DNA of 63,097 bases, counting the filler, from Folioceros fuciformis (lineage: Eukaryota), in the NCBI GenBank assembly GCA_049999805.1. It is 31 parts of 31 records of this genome, joined end to end, with 100 filler letters (N's around TTAATTAATTAA, not from the genome) between each part and the next. Parts side by side here need not be neighbours in the genome. Positions count along the whole stretch, not along the records: positions 43,536 to 45,355 come from JBNGIO010000072.1; positions 45,456 to 47,183 come from JBNGIO010000073.1; positions 47,284 to 48,762 come from JBNGIO010000074.1; positions 48,863 to 49,962 come from JBNGIO010000075.1; positions 50,063 to 51,307 come from JBNGIO010000076.1; positions 51,408 to 53,147 come from JBNGIO010000077.1; positions 53,248 to 55,185 come from JBNGIO010000078.1; positions 55,286 to 56,752 come from JBNGIO010000079.1; 23 more parts are not named here. One strand, written 5' to 3'. Positions 45,171 through 57,876 of this stretch are shown here, piece after piece (the stretch's first letter is position 1; each line of letters starts with the position of its first letter). Made by a program: the position numbers and the translations under genes. Below the pieces are notes generated by a model. It saw only the letters and a list, made by a program, of their open reading frames with translations, did no database searches and was not told the origin of the DNA.

Positions 45171-46703
45171 TTACTCGCGAAACGAGCGTGCTAGTGAAGC
45201 GAGGACCCGATTGACGAGCGCCGGAAAGTGAACAAATCGCAGACGTCGGGAGCGAGTGTGTGGGCGCCGTATTGACCCCGGCTGAGGAAGTCAGGATCTC
45301 GATCAGATGTAGGAGGACATTCCTATTATGAGCGACAGAGGCCCAAGTTGTGGACNNNNNNNNNNNNNNNNNNNNNNNNNNNNNNNNNNNNNNNNNNNNT
45401 TAATTAATTAANNNNNNNNNNNNNNNNNNNNNNNNNNNNNNNNNNNNNNNNNNNNTCCTTGCAAATGTTGCACTGCCATCTCATACAGGCCTTGCCGGCT
45501 TAGCCCAGTCCGCTCCAAGGTCGTCCTCGTCATCTGCCGTCACTCGCCTCCCTCTTCTTGCTCGTGGGCCACTTCATCCTCCTCAGGACTGACAACCCCC
45601 ACTGCCTCTGCCCTCGCCATGATGTCCCCTCTACCCCCTACCCGTCCACCATTTGCAAGCCCATCCACCATGTGCAGCGGGAAGCGTGCAACATGGTTCT
45701 CGGCAATTGGTTCCCCCATTGTGTCGACTTGGGCATGCATGGCCCCTAGCCAGCCTTCCTCCTCATCGGGTGGTAACCCATGCGCCCCCAAGGCCTCGTC
45801 CATCGCAATCCACAGAATGCCCTGTCCTCCCTATAGAAGCTGACCACCGCCATTGTGCGCACCTATGACCAACGTGCAGACCACACTAGGGGCACCCGTC
45901 CCTTCCTCTTTGCACACATGGCCTTGAATCATTGCTCTGCACTGTTGCAGCCAAGGTTAACACCCTCTACCTTATTCCGTCCGTGCACGAACGGGCTCCC
46001 ACCCTATCACCCCAACTCGCTCCGGGAACATTTGCACTCATAGTTTCAACAACATGTTCCATAGGCACATGTCGCAGACAAGTGCATCTACGCTCCCAGT
46101 CTTGTCTTCCACATAATACGTGGTGATTGCGTCAATTGCCCTACCTACACTGACGAATAGTGCGGATTGCATCCAAGTGACACCCTGAAGGCATGCTGCA
46201 CTTCTAACGATTTGCTACTGGTGTTTGGGAATTGGATTCGTGCAATGTGCATGTCACACGCTTCTTATGCAATTGCGACACATTTTTGTGGGCTGCATCA
46301 TACGTTCGGGCTGCTATGCAGTCCACCATTGCAATGCATAATACCTTTCTGGCCACCTTCCAACCTTGGATGTCACTCTAGATGCATGCAACTACGCAAA
46401 CCACACTCTTAGGTCATGGATTGATTGTCGCTGCACCCTCCCTACGTAGATACACCTTAGTCACCCTGCACCCAAGTGCCAAATAGTTAATGCATGAAGA
46501 CATGAGATTCCACCAGTCAATATGCTCTGTCGCAGTAGTTTGTCCACCTCCACTCCACACTGTATATCCCCCTACTATGCAGCTCGTAGAGTATGGACAC
46601 TTTTTGCAGAGAGCCATCCATTTGCAAGCACTAGCACTCATGGTCTTCCAGGAAGGTAAGGAACTCACCCTAAACCCAATAGTTGGTTAGAACCATTGGC
46701 CAC

Positions 46704-46975
46704 TAAAGGATCGCTAGAGGAGCCACATGGTGAAGGAGGAGAGGAGAAAGAGAGGTCACACTCTCACACAGAGTCTTTATAGCAAGGGAGCTCAAGGGGG
46801 TATTTATACCCTCTAGAAGAGCTCCCTAAGAAGCTTCACAAGAAACGCACAGGAAGCTGCGCAAGAAGGTTCCTATAGATTAGCTTAAGCTAATGTAAAC
46901 TAATGATACTTAACTAGACACAAATCTTAGATTAAACATATTAGTCTAAGCACATTGGCCTTTAATAACCCTTCA
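46704..46975 (-). mobile_element. Diverged LTR family A (no PBS, PPT or TSD seen)
   Basis: TAAAGGATCGCTAGAGG...AACCCTTCA. Confidence 0.85.
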
Positions 46976-47098
46976 TATTTTACGTGTCCGTTTTGGTAAA
47001 CCGACCAAACTGGACTTCGCACCAAAGGGAACACAGAAAAAACACCACAACTCTTCGTTTTCATGTTCACACTTTGTAAATTTGCCATAAAGGTTTCC

Positions 47099-47183
47099 TA
47101 TTCCCTAGGGTTGGATCTTCACAAAATATTCCTTTTAGGGTTGGATCTTCACAAAATATTCCTTTTAGGGTTGGATCTTCACA
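47099..47183. repeat. 30-bp tandem repeat running into the gap
   Basis: TAGGGTTGGATCTTCACAAAATATTCCTTT at 47106, 47136 and 47166. Confidence 0.88.
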
Positions 47184-47283
47184 NNNNNNNNNNNNNNNNN
47201 NNNNNNNNNNNNNNNNNNNNNNNNNNNTTAATTAATTAANNNNNNNNNNNNNNNNNNNNNNNNNNNNNNNNNNNNNNNNNNNN

Positions 47284-47461
47284 TAACCAAACCCACTATT
47301 TCCTGGTCAATTAACCCAATTAGCACAAAGGAAAATAGGAAAAATGACCAGAAAATCAAGGAAAATTAGGGAAAATAAGTTGAAAAAGAAAACCAAACCA
47401 TACCACTATTAACCCTTTTTCAACCAAAACAAACTACTACCCCAAACTTTGGAGGTTCACA
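47284..47461. mobile_element. LTR-C terminus inserted in Gypsy pol
   Basis: Ends GGAGGTTCACA. Confidence 0.88.
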
Positions 47462-48609
47462 AATACCCACAGCCTTAATGCAGACTTACCAGCTTAAGGA
47501 TGCCTGTGTCTACAGAAAAGGCTGGCTGGTGATCCCACAACACTTGAAGGACATCCAGCACAGTATCTTGCACGACCTGCATGACTCCCCCATCTCTGGA
47601 CACTTGGGGCATCGTCAGGACTTGTGAATGGGTGAAGACCCATTTCCATTGGGAAGGCCTGCGCAAGGACTGCATCCAGTGGGTCAGGAGTTGCATCTCA
47701 TGTCAACAGGCAAAACCTGAACACCTGAAAACACCAGGACTGCTGTTACCTCTGCAGGTACCTGAAGGCAACTTCCTGTCCATCTCCATGGACTTTGTGA
47801 CAACCCTCCCACATACACGCACCGGAAAGGACAACATCTGGGTAGTTATGGACAGGTTGTCTAAATGTTGCCACTTCATTCTGGTGAACTCCAACAATAC
47901 AGTTCCAAAGTTGGCCAACATATTCACCAAAGAAATTTTCAGACTTCACGGCTGCCCTCTAAACATCATTTCAGACCGCGACCCTAAGTTCACAGCAGGG
48001 TTTTGGCGAACCTTTACTGAAACCTTGGGCATCCGACAGAGCTTGTTCTCCACATGCCACCCCGAGTCCGATGGCTAGACCGAGCGTCAGATTTAGGTAC
48101 TGGAGGACATGTTAAGACATTATACGCATGACAAGCAAGGCAAGTGGGAGGAACTCTTACCTCTCCTGGAGTATGCCTACAACAGCTCCAAACATGCAGC
48201 CACTAAGGTGTCCCCCTTCAAGTTGCTTTACGGAGAAACCCCCCCACCACCAGGATTGTGGCCAGCTAGTGATACCAAATGGAGGAGTGCAGCGGAAGTC
48301 GCTGAGGATATCTGGCAAGAAATCCAACAAGCCTAACAACGACTCCTTTTAGCTCAGGACCGGGCAAGGAAATCAAGCAACAAACACCGACGAGACATCT
48401 CTTGCGCTGTTGGGCACTTGGTGTGGTTGCACATCCGTCCTCACAGGTACCCGTCACTAATCTTGCAAAAGAACAAGCTGACCTATCGGTTTGCAGGTCC
48501 CTTCAAAGTCTTGCGTAGGGTCAACGACGTCGCCTACACCCTGGAGCTTCTAGCTAGTTGGCGCATGTGCCACACCTTCTATGTGAGCATGCTCAAATCG
48601 GTAGTCTAG
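47462..48609 (+). pseudogene. Ty3/Gypsy (Tf2/chromovirus-like) integrase
   Basis: HDSPISGHLG..CISCQQAK, SISMDFVTTLP, DRLSK, IISDRDPKFT, HPESDG*TER, EYAYNSS and the GPF module YRFAGPFKVLRRVNDVAYTLEL. Stops and a frameshift are present. Confidence 0.94.
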
Positions 48610-48862
48610 AGGCCTGCCCATCTTGCTCCAACCACTGCGGACGCCTCTGTAGCTCCAGTCATCATTGTCGAGTCCACCACTCTAGTCGACACTCGCAGCT
48701 CCGCCAACCCCACCGAGCCGGACAACTCGGCACCCATGCCACCCAAGAAGTCAGCAAACAGANNNNNNNNNNNNNNNNNNNNNNNNNNNNNNNNNNNNNN
48801 NNNNNNTTAATTAATTAANNNNNNNNNNNNNNNNNNNNNNNNNNNNNNNNNNNNNNNNNNNN

Positions 48863-48991
48863 ACTCACCATCAATCTAGCTACTATTCTAACCTAATCTC
48901 CCCACCTTTCCTCTACAACACTCCCTCACAAATCCAAAAAAAAAGAAAACCTATCCTTTCCCAGGGGTCTGTTCAGCATGTGGAGTCCACA
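48863..48991. mobile_element. LTR terminus (H-like) inserted into LTR-A
   Basis: Ends CATGTGGAGTCCACA and abuts mid-LTR-A sequence. Confidence 0.65.
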
Positions 48992-49054
48992 ACTAGACAC
49001 TAATCTTAGACTAAACACATTAGTCTAAGCACATTGGGCTTTAATAACCCTACA
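48992..49054 (-). mobile_element. LTR-A terminal fragment
   Basis: ACTAGACACTAATCTTAGAC...CCCTACA. Confidence 0.9.
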
Positions 49055-49087
49055 GGGAGGCTTTGACCATTTGAGTTTTGGAGGTCT

Positions 49088-49175
49088 TGTGGAATGCAAA
49101 ACCTCGAGACCCCAAGATTCCTCGTGTGGTGACCACACCCACTATCGTTGTAGGTTTCCCTCGTCCATCCCCATG
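49088..49175 (-). mobile_element. LTR terminus, family G
   Basis: The minus strand reads CCTACAACGATAGTGGGTGTGG...GAGGTTTTGCATTCCACA, similar to the family B end. Confidence 0.6.
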
Positions 49176-49179
49176 AACA

Positions 49180-49600
49180 AATTACTATCCTTGGTGTTTG
49201 AAACTGAATAGCACCATTGGTAAGAAAATTAAAGTGAAAGGCTAGAGTGACAGTCCTCTTAGAATAAAAGACTTCGTTCTTCAAAAATCAGCACACACTA
49301 GTGTCATGACATAGAAGGTCTTTTAGAATGCTGCATCTGTGTGAACTTGTTGTGCAGACCAAGCCTTAAAATTTGACAAGTCTTGACAAACAAGTGCGTA
49401 GTGAACATAAAGTCCTTGTGTTTTGACAAAAGAGGCAAATGGTAAATGAAAAGTTATCGCAAAAGGACAGTTTATAGGCACAGTCATTTTGGTAGTTAAC
49501 TTTGTGGACAGTTTATGCTGGTGAAGAATGCTCATCCGAGTAGTTGGCAATAGAATTTTGCAAATATACAAAGGTATGAAAAGAGTGACTGAGCATTTGT
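49180..49600 (-). pseudogene. Possible decayed DNA-transposon (MULE-like) coding relic
   Basis: QQVHTDAAF*KTFYVMTLV loosely resembles the first catalytic-Asp region of MULE transposases. Confidence 0.2.
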
Positions 49601-50725
49601 TTGATAGTTCACTAAGAAAGTTTAAAGTCAGTGGGCGTTCAGCGCCTCTTGACTATAGTATTTGACCATGAAGTGTGTAGTGGACTAAACAATTGATCAA
49701 AGCTTTTGTGCTACAAATTTGCATCTTCATGTTCCAATGTTTGTAGGTAGATTGTGATAATGTGACACAAGAGGTGGTCGGATTAACATCACAAAACTTG
49801 TCACTATCAAAAGAATTGCCTGTCTTTGGCTTGTGTTTACTTCAAAGCCATACTCGTGGGGAGTTAAGAGAGGAAAATATATAAATATATATCTACCTTG
49901 GGGCTGAAGGATCTTGTGTTGAAAATAACCCGTTGTTATGGGTAACCTAGGAGTATGCATGANNNNNNNNNNNNNNNNNNNNNNNNNNNNNNNNNNNNNN
50001 NNNNNNTTAATTAATTAANNNNNNNNNNNNNNNNNNNNNNNNNNNNNNNNNNNNNNNNNNNNCTCTCTCCGCCAAAGGCCAAGGACGTCTAGCCACCCCC
50101 CAACACTTGGTTTGGCCACCGATTTGCCCAAAGTACCATGGTCCAAGGAGACTTTGGGTACAAATACCCAAGTCTTATTCACAAGCTAATCCGTTTCACT
50201 GACACTTCCACAAAAAAAATCACAACCTGCGTATTCGGTCTCTCAAAATGGGAGTTCCGAAAGTTTTTTTCGTCTACACATACAAGGATCCATTATGGAC
50301 CAATGCTCCATGGAAAATAATTTGTTGCATAATGGACACTAATCTTCATGTTCGTTGATTGGATTTGATTCTTAGTTAAGTGCTATTTGCCAACTTGTTT
50401 TATTTTGTTCTTCTATCAACTTTATTTCTTTCTTTCTACATGCATCAACAAGTTTGTTTAGCTCATGGTCTACATTTGCATTAGTACCTTCCATTTTATT
50501 ATTTACGTTCTCACCTTATTGTGGGCATCCAGGAACGCTCCAATTAGATCGGCAAATGCAACATCGCCTTTCAAAATCTGGTCCAGGCTCAAGTGCATCT
50601 TCATTCACTTCCACATCCACGACCGCTCTTGTCTTCAATGGACGATGAGTGCCTCCGTTGTGATATTGGACGAAAGCACTAGTAGAGCAAAGAGGAAAAA
50701 AGCAACCCTTGTACGATGTTCCCAA

Positions 50726-50757
50726 TGCACCGACTTGGGAATTGAACCTAGGTCTAT
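50726..50757 (-). pseudogene. Degenerate tRNA-Gly-like 3' half (tRNA relic or SINE head)
   Basis: The minus strand reads AGACCTAGGTTCAATTCCCAAGTCGGTGCA versus plant tRNA-Gly ...AGACCCGGGTTCGATTCCCGGCTGGTGCA, including a B-box-like GGTTCAATTCC. Confidence 0.45.
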
Positions 50758-50759
50758 GT

Positions 50760-51062
50760 TGAAGGATCGCTCCTGGAGCTACATGGTGAAGGAGGAGAGG
50801 AGGAGGCAAGGAGCAGAGGAGAAAGAGAGGTCACACTCTCACATAGAGTCTCACATTGCAAGGGAGCTCAAGGGGGTATTTATACCGTCTAGAAAAGCTC
50901 CCTAAGAAGCTTCACAAGAAGTGCACATGAAGCTGCGCAATAAGCTTCCTACAGATTAGCTTAAGCTAATCTAAACTAATGGTACTTAATTAGACACTAA
51001 TCTTATACTAAACACATTAGTCTAAGCACATTGGGCTTTATTAACCCTACAACCTCCCACTT
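50760..51062 (-). mobile_element. 3' LTR family A (50760-51051) with PPT
   Basis: The minus strand reads AAGTGGGAGGT TGTAGGG...CCTTCA, just downstream of the RNase H stop. Confidence 0.9.
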
Positions 51063-51093
51063 AAAGGCCAATTTACCTTCATAGGAGAGTGGT

Positions 51094-51307
51094 CTACCTC
51101 ATGCCCATGAGTGTCCGAGCTTGTGCAAATTGCTCCGTAGAGAGCCCCTTGGTAAGAACATATGCAGGGTTCTGACTTGTGTGAACTTTGACAAGCTGTA
51201 CCCTCTTGTCTTCAAACATCTCTTGAATGAAGTGATACTTCACTTCCACATGTTTGGTCTTCGCATGAAACACTGGATTCTTTGCCAATTGGATAGCACT
51301 CTGGCTA
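51094..51307 (-). mobile_element. Copia RNase H C-terminus belonging to the LTR-A element
   Basis: QSAIQLAKNPVFHAKTKHVEVKYHFIQE...NPAYVLTKGL. Confidence 0.92.
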
Positions 51308-51407
51308 NNNNNNNNNNNNNNNNNNNNNNNNNNNNNNNNNNNNNNNNNNNNTTAATTAATTAANNNNNNNNNNNNNNNNNNNNNNNNNNNNNNNNNNNNN
51401 NNNNNNN

Positions 51408-51823
51408 AGCCTATTGTCAGACCCTGACCCCTGACACTGACATACCTAGATACCCATTCCTATGTTCAAACCATTATTTTATTATTTAATATTATTATTA
51501 TATCTTTATTTAATTATTTAATATTATATATCTTTGATTAATATTAAACTAATCACCAGATCTAGACTCAAACTTTCCCAACCCTATGGCATGGTACCGA
51601 ACCTAAACCTTCCCAGGTCTGGGACCAAACCTATACCCACTCTTATAACCAAACCAACTATTTCCTGGTCAATTAACCTAATTAGCACAAAGAAAAATAG
51701 GAAAAATGACCAGAAAATAAAGGAAAATTAGGGAAAATAAGTTAAAAAAGAAAACCAAACCATACCACTATTAACACTTTTTCAACCAAAACAAACTACT
51801 ACCCCAAACTTTGGAGGTTCACA
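51408..51823. mobile_element. LTR family C
   Basis: Longest + oriented copy; ends GGAGGTTCACA. Confidence 0.9.
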
Positions 51824-51982
51824 CCGGGGCTAGGTGGAGAACTTACTACGACTCGCAAACCCAGCTGCTGTGATTGCAAGACCGAGATTTGGCTCACAAA
51901 CCCCAGAGCTCAGGCAGGTAAGTTCACAAGTGCCGTGGTGCTCCGTTGCGGGCATCAGCACGACATCGGTGGACGACAGCGC

Positions 51983-52156
51983 TGGACGGTGAGCTAAGAC
52001 ACTTAGCTCAAGCGCCAAGAGAATTCCAGCAAGCTGTGGTGTCCCGTCGCGGGCATCAGGGCAGTGCCAGTGCTGGACAGTGAGCTGAGGTACTCAGCTC
52101 AAGCACCAGGGAAATTCCAGCAAGCTGTGTGTCCCGTCGCAGGCACCAAGGCAGTG
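51983..52156. repeat. ~90-bp direct duplication in GC-rich unassigned DNA
   Basis: TGGAC(G/A)GTGAGCT...AGCTCAAGC...AATTCCAGCAAGCTGTG...TCCCGTCGC..GGCAGTG occurs twice. Confidence 0.65.
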
Positions 52157-53078
52157 TTGGTGCATGGAGGTGCTGAGCAGCGGACTGGTGGACAACGACG
52201 GATGGACGTGTGCGTGAGCGCCATAAGTCAGGAGGGAGAGACTCAGTGAGCGCAAGCTGAGGCTGTCCATGAACTTGAACCGAGCTGATTGTGTGGAAGG
52301 CCCGCTCACGGAGCTAAGGGGGTGACTGTACAGTCTGTGATCTGCAAGGGGAGGGCACCCATGCGAATTCGAACCTATCCAGCCGTGAGCTGGAGCCGGT
52401 AGGGGCAAATCGCGTGTGGGAGACGACATCTGTGTGCACGCAAGGCCACTGTTACCGCTTTCAGGATTGAGGAGCCAGGGATTGCGACAAAGTGCCAGGA
52501 TCACGACACTGTGCCTAGATTTCGATGGGATGCTTGGATTGTGACACTGTGTCTGGCTCGTGGCGTGGTGCCTGGATCGCGAAGTTGTGCCTGGATCGTA
52601 CCGCTGGTCTGGCGTGGGCAGGCTGTGAGCAGAGGGAGACTTGAGCCACGAACAAAGCTATGAGGACGGTGACGAGTACTGCCAATGCTGTTTGTGGAGG
52701 ACACCACCGGGATCAAAATCAACACTTGCAGGACTTTCGTGGGGACACCGACATATGCAGTAATGTGTGTTGGGCGATTGAGGGTCAGTCAGTTGATACA
52801 ACCAACTTCTCTGGCTGGACGACACTGGAACATGTTGTGAGGCTATGTGATGGCACTTTTGTATGAGAAGCCACTTCTAACAACAGCCCTGAACTTTGTG
52901 GCCATTGCTTTGGTGTGCTGCGAGTTTTTGTCCATAATCGTATGTGGTTCTGGCTATGTGCACAGAGAGATACCCGCCCTTCTTTGTTAGGATAAGGGTG
53001 TGGACTCACCGCGCTAAAGTTTTGGTGAGCTAAGAGAAGGACAGGATACTCACCTTGTTGGGTGTCTGGTTGAGGGTG

Positions 53079-53147
53079 TGTGGAGGCAAAACCCCGGGCA
53101 GTGATTGCCAATGGGTTCCACCTTTAGTGGCCACACTTATCCCACTG
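53079..53147 (-). mobile_element. LTR-B terminus
   Basis: TGTGGAGGCAAAACCCCGGGC... Confidence 0.9.
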
Positions 53148-53247
53148 NNNNNNNNNNNNNNNNNNNNNNNNNNNNNNNNNNNNNNNNNNNNTTAATTAAT
53201 TAANNNNNNNNNNNNNNNNNNNNNNNNNNNNNNNNNNNNNNNNNNNN

Positions 53248-54325
53248 GTCAGTCACTAACATGGCCTCTTGGTAACAAGAGGGCTCCCCACAATTCGTCA
53301 GCATGACATAATCAAGAGATGCAATATACTTGTCAGGAGGACGTGAGATCCTTCCTGACCTATGAAGCACTGGTGCCTCGACCGGAGCTAGTTGCACTCT
53401 CTCCTCTTGTACAAGTGGAGGAACTTGTTCCTGCACATCACGACGTTCAACCTGCGCAGGAGGGTCAAGTCCATCTTCTTGGAAGACCACCCGTCGCACC
53501 TCCATAGTTGGAGTAGGCTTCTTGTGCATCTTAGTCTCATTGAAGAACACGTTATTGCTGCGAACCATCCTCTTGGCCTCTGGATCCCATAGACGATATC
53601 CCATCTCACCAGATTCACCATAGCCAAGAAAAATACATTTCTTGGACTTGGGTGCCAACTTGTCCCAAAACTCTTTCGGAACATGGTAGTATGCCTCACA
53701 GCCAAACACTCGTAGATGCTTGTATGACGGCCTCTTGCCAGACCACGTCTCCTCTGGAACCTGTTCATCCACAGCCCTATTAAGAGATCTGTTAATAAGA
53801 TGCACCGCAGTAACCACTACTTCTGCCCAAAATCCGTTAGGCAATCCAGAGTTTGACAATAAACTACGCATCCTCTACTGGATGGTCATGTTAATCCGTT
53901 CAGCCACACCATTCTGGGGAGGAGTATACGGCGCAGTCAATTCTCTCTTGATTCCCTTGGAATCATAGAATGACTGGAAAGCCTTCGAGACATACTCTCT
54001 CCCATTGTCTGTCCTGAGACACTTCAATCGGAGGCCAAACTGATTCTCCGCAACAAACTAATTTTTGAAACATTGTCAGAACATCATCCTTTTTCCTTAA
54101 AGGATAAACCCACACCTTGCGTGAGAAGTCATCAATGAAAGTGACAAAATAAGATGCACTGCCTAACGATACAGTGGGCATAGGTCCACAAACGTCATTG
54201 TGAACCAACTCAAGAGGTTTACTTTTGTGTTTACCTCTTGCTCCATGTGGTGACTTCGTCTGTTTCCCACACAAACAGTGCTCACACACGGAGAAATCGG
54301 AGAAGTCAAAAGCAGGGACGTAACC
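53248..54325 (-). pseudogene. Copia (Tnt1/Tork-like) integrase
   Basis: CEHCLCGKQ, LELVHNDVCGPM, FIDDFSRKVWVY, TPPQNGVAERIN, FWAEVVVTAVHLINRS, HLRVFGCEAY and KCIFLGYG, with a frameshift and a stop. Confidence 0.94.
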
Positions 54326-54597
54326 TACGAAAATGCATGAATAGTTAGGTCATCATTTAAATAGCCAGACTTAATTAATTAATTAATTATTAGGGCATGA
54401 GCTGGGGTATGAAACGCTGGGAGCGTTTCATAGAGTCGTGTCTTTGTGGAGGGTCGCAACCCTAACTGACAGCCACCACCGAACCGGTGCACACCCTCCT
54501 CCCTGGCTTAAGGCCACTTTGGCCACGCCTAATCAATAACCTTGTCTTTTCTGCTAATCATGTGAAATAAAATCGATCCTAGACTAGAAATTCTAAA

Positions 54598-54609
54598 TGG
54601 TATCAGAGC
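54598..54609 (+). promoter_or_regulatory. tRNA-iMet PBS after an LTR-like segment (~54330-54597)
   Basis: TGGTATCAGAGC. Confidence 0.75.
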
Positions 54610-55285
54610 GTGGTAAGGCATCGAAATAATCCATCAGCCCTAAATCGAGGTGCAGTCTTTTGTCACCTGGACAGGAGGCACATGGATCACTGCAATATCC
54701 TTCACAAGCAAATTTGATTAGAATAAAATGGATCCAGCGTCTCCTCCTAGCAGTTGCGCTGTCTGCAAAAGCACGATCTGTATCAAAAGCCTGCCACATG
54801 CTCAATTCTGCAGTCTAATCACTGCATTAAAGCAAGCACTTAGTAGATTTGGAGAAATGTCGGATGCATTTCTTGCAGAAGCTGTTGCGCATTATTACAG
54901 TTAGTGTCTAACATTATGCCAAGAGCACGAGGGAAGGGTAAATTACCCGAAGACCCGGTTGCATGCAGTTAGGGGTTGAGTGTAGAAGCACAATATAAGA
55001 ACCTTCAACACTTCTTTAATCTGTGTTCCAGACCTGCATCACATAAATATTCTAATCTGTTACAGAAACAGGCACAGCCTGATCCCTTAGCGAGTCTCAG
55101 GCAGCAAATTCGCAAGGAAATAAACCAGTCACTAGCGATCAGTGCACAAAGGGCAAGGGAGACTCCCATCTGCAAAATTTGTGCGNNNNNNNNNNNNNNN
55201 NNNNNNNNNNNNNNNNNNNNNNNNNNNNNTTAATTAATTAANNNNNNNNNNNNNNNNNNNNNNNNNNNNNNNNNNNNNNNNNNNN

Positions 55286-55516
55286 ATCGACAGGGGGAGG
55301 TACTGGGGCCCTTCCAAGTGAAGGAATGGTGTCTACCTACTGACTGGCCGTGTTGCAGGATTGGTAGGTACGTGATTGGGAGGGTTGACTATTGTAGGGG
55401 AACGATAGACGTAGCTGACCAGGCTCAGAGGGGAGTGATTCCGGGGAAGCCTACAACGACCGTGGGATTGATGTGGCCACGATACATGTGAGCGGGTGCC
55501 TGGTAGGGATACCACA
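55286..55516 (+). mobile_element. LTR terminus, family F
   Basis: CCTACAACGACCGTGGGATTGATGTGG...GATACCACA shares the terminal module of families B, D, E and G. Confidence 0.6.
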
Positions 55517-55519
55517 CCT

Positions 55520-55700
55520 GCATGCCCACAGCCGGTAGATTGGTGCACTCCAGCCCATGCCGACATGATTACGCCGGTCTACCGGCGCACTCCGGCCCAT
55601 GTCGACATGCTTGGTCTACCGGCCCATGCCAGCATGATTGTGCCGGTAGACCAACGCACTCCGGCGCATGTCGGCTGCAGTACGCCACTCTATCGGCGAC
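55520..55700. repeat. Degenerate ~42-bp GC-rich tandem repeat
   Basis: Recurrent GCCGGT..AC..GCGCACTCCGGCCCATG(T/C)CGACATG. Confidence 0.6.
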
Positions 55701-56632
55701 ACTCTACCTGGCTTTGGTTGCAAGGACACATAACCTCATACAAACTAGAAGTTGCAGATCTATTGGTGTTGTGGTAAACAACAAAAAACAGAATGTTTCT
55801 TACCACTTTTGCAAAGGCTATTTGGAACTTTAGAAGGTGGTCATCCTCAATATGTTTTGAATACATAGCTTCCGCTCCTTCGAATGTGGAACACTTCATC
55901 GCAATTCAGAAAGCATGTTAAATCATGCAGATCTTCTTCTTCTTCCCGACTTCAGTGTCTATGTCTTTCAACTGGAGCTTTCCCTGAATAACTTTTTGTG
56001 ACATAGCAATTAGCATCTTCTCCCCCTTCACACCTGATGGGATGCCTTGAGAGGCTTTCCACGATTTGCCCTGCATCTTCGATCTCTTTCTGATTCTATC
56101 TTTAGAAACCTGCGAAGATGAACTTGGAATGGTTGAGTCACCTATCCTTCGTTTTGCTTTTGCCCTCTTCTTGGTCCCTATTGTGGCTGAGCTCATCTGC
56201 TGTGGCAGCTCACACTTTTCCCACATTTTAAATATCCTATCCACATTATTCATTGAGGACACATTCATTCTAGCGTATGGACTTGATTTGACACAACAAA
56301 AATAGCTTCATTCCCGCACAAGGAACCTAATTCGCAAAAACGTTGTACGTCGTGAGATGCGACCAGGCAACACTTCCACCTGAAAATGATAAAATCTTGT
56401 CTTGCCATATTAATGGGTTTTGTCATGTATTTGAATGGAAGGACACCTGTAAATTTGCATATATTGACATAATAAATGATGTTTGTATTGGTATGCAACA
56501 CCCTTTTCCTCTACGTTTATGCATCACATAACAAAAATGCATCAAAATGTGGATATCTAACTCGAAATTTGAATGTCAAAATCTGGTGAAGCCTGAAATG
56601 GCTGAATCTGCCCATTTTGATCAGACCTTGTT

Positions 56633-56752
56633 ATTAACCTAATTAGCACAAGGAAAAATAAGAAAAATGACCAGAAAATAAGGGAAAATTAGGAAAAATA
56701 AGTAGAAAAAGAAAACCAAACCATACCACTATTAACCATTTTTCAACCAAAA
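56633..56752. mobile_element. LTR-C internal fragment
   Basis: ATTAACCTAATTAGCACAAGG...AACCAAACCATACCACTATTAACC. Confidence 0.85.
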
Positions 56753-56852
56753 NNNNNNNNNNNNNNNNNNNNNNNNNNNNNNNNNNNNNNNNNNNNTTAA
56801 TTAATTAANNNNNNNNNNNNNNNNNNNNNNNNNNNNNNNNNNNNNNNNNNNN

Positions 56853-57876
56853 AGAGTTAGGCTTTGGTTAGGCTGCGATCAGAATTAGGTCTAGGTCAGA
56901 CCTGGATCAAGTCTAGGTCAGGCTTAGATTAGGTTTAGGTCATACCTAGGTTAGGTCTAGGTCAGGCTTAGATTAGGGTTAGGTCAGACTGAGGTTAGGT
57001 TTAGGTCAGAACCGGATGTAGGATGGTTTAAGTCAGAGAGAGAGATGAGGGATAGGGTACAAGAGGAGAGGCCTGCCATTGAGAGGGGGCGGTCTATGGT
57101 GTGAGGTCCCCGGATTTTGAGGGTAGAACTCCTGGCTTAGGGCGCTGAGCCGGTTGAGGTCGACCCAAAGTCCTGATTCCCCTTGCCACTAGGGGAACGT
57201 GGGGATCCCGGGGCTGTCAAGATCCGTGTGGCCGGATCCGCAAGGGCTACATGATTCGCAGGTTGGCTGAAGTGAAGGAACAGGACCGTGAGCTAAAGGG
57301 CTATCCAGTCCTAGATCCACACTATGCTTGAAGGCTGCAAGAAGTGAAGCCATTGTGCCCTAATTTCCAAGGGGGAGGGCTGAAGAAAAGAGAGGAAGAG
57401 TTGGAGTGGGATGCATAGAAGTGAAGAGTGAGCTGCTGAAGAGTAGGAGTGTGTGTTGAAGTGGAGGGTGAAGGACTGAAGTGAAAAGGAAGGGACAGAA
57501 GTGGGAATCTTGAAGGGCTGAGATGCAGAGGAAGGGACTGAAGTGGGAATCTTGGAGGACTGAAGTGAAGAGGAAGGGACTGAAGTGGGAATCTTGAAGA
57601 GCTGAGGTCAAGGAGAAAGTGGCTGAAGTGGGAATCAAGAAGAGCTGGAGGACAGGGGTGTGAGTTGGGTGAGCTGACTTAGGGGGTAGGCTAGGCTTCT
57701 AGTCCTTTTGTTGTGAGGGTATGGACAGACCTATAGACCGGCTGATAGGTAGGAGTGTGATAGGTAGTGTTCCTTGGCACTAGTTCACTCCCTTAGGAGC
57801 GAACCATAGGACTGCAGCGACAATAGGGGAATGTGTGGCCCTTGGGTGGTTCTTGGGTGCAAGAAATCACTCCACA
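56853..57876 (+). mobile_element. LTR family D (>1 kb) with internal tandem arrays
   Basis: The end matches 25843-25990. It contains ~21-bp TTAGGTCTAGGTCAG repeats (56870-57010) and 42-bp repeats (57475-57640). Confidence 0.8.

Noticed and set aside
45456-46703. Possible transposase or plant-mobile-domain relic
   Set aside because: The frames are fragmented and have no motif I can name with confidence.
46699-46980. Solo LTR-A with target-site duplication
   Set aside because: The flanks GCCAC and TATTT do not match.
54371-54388. TTAATTAATTAATTAATT resembling the linker
   Set aside because: It has no flanking Ns and is a natural (TTAA)n run inside an LTR-like segment.
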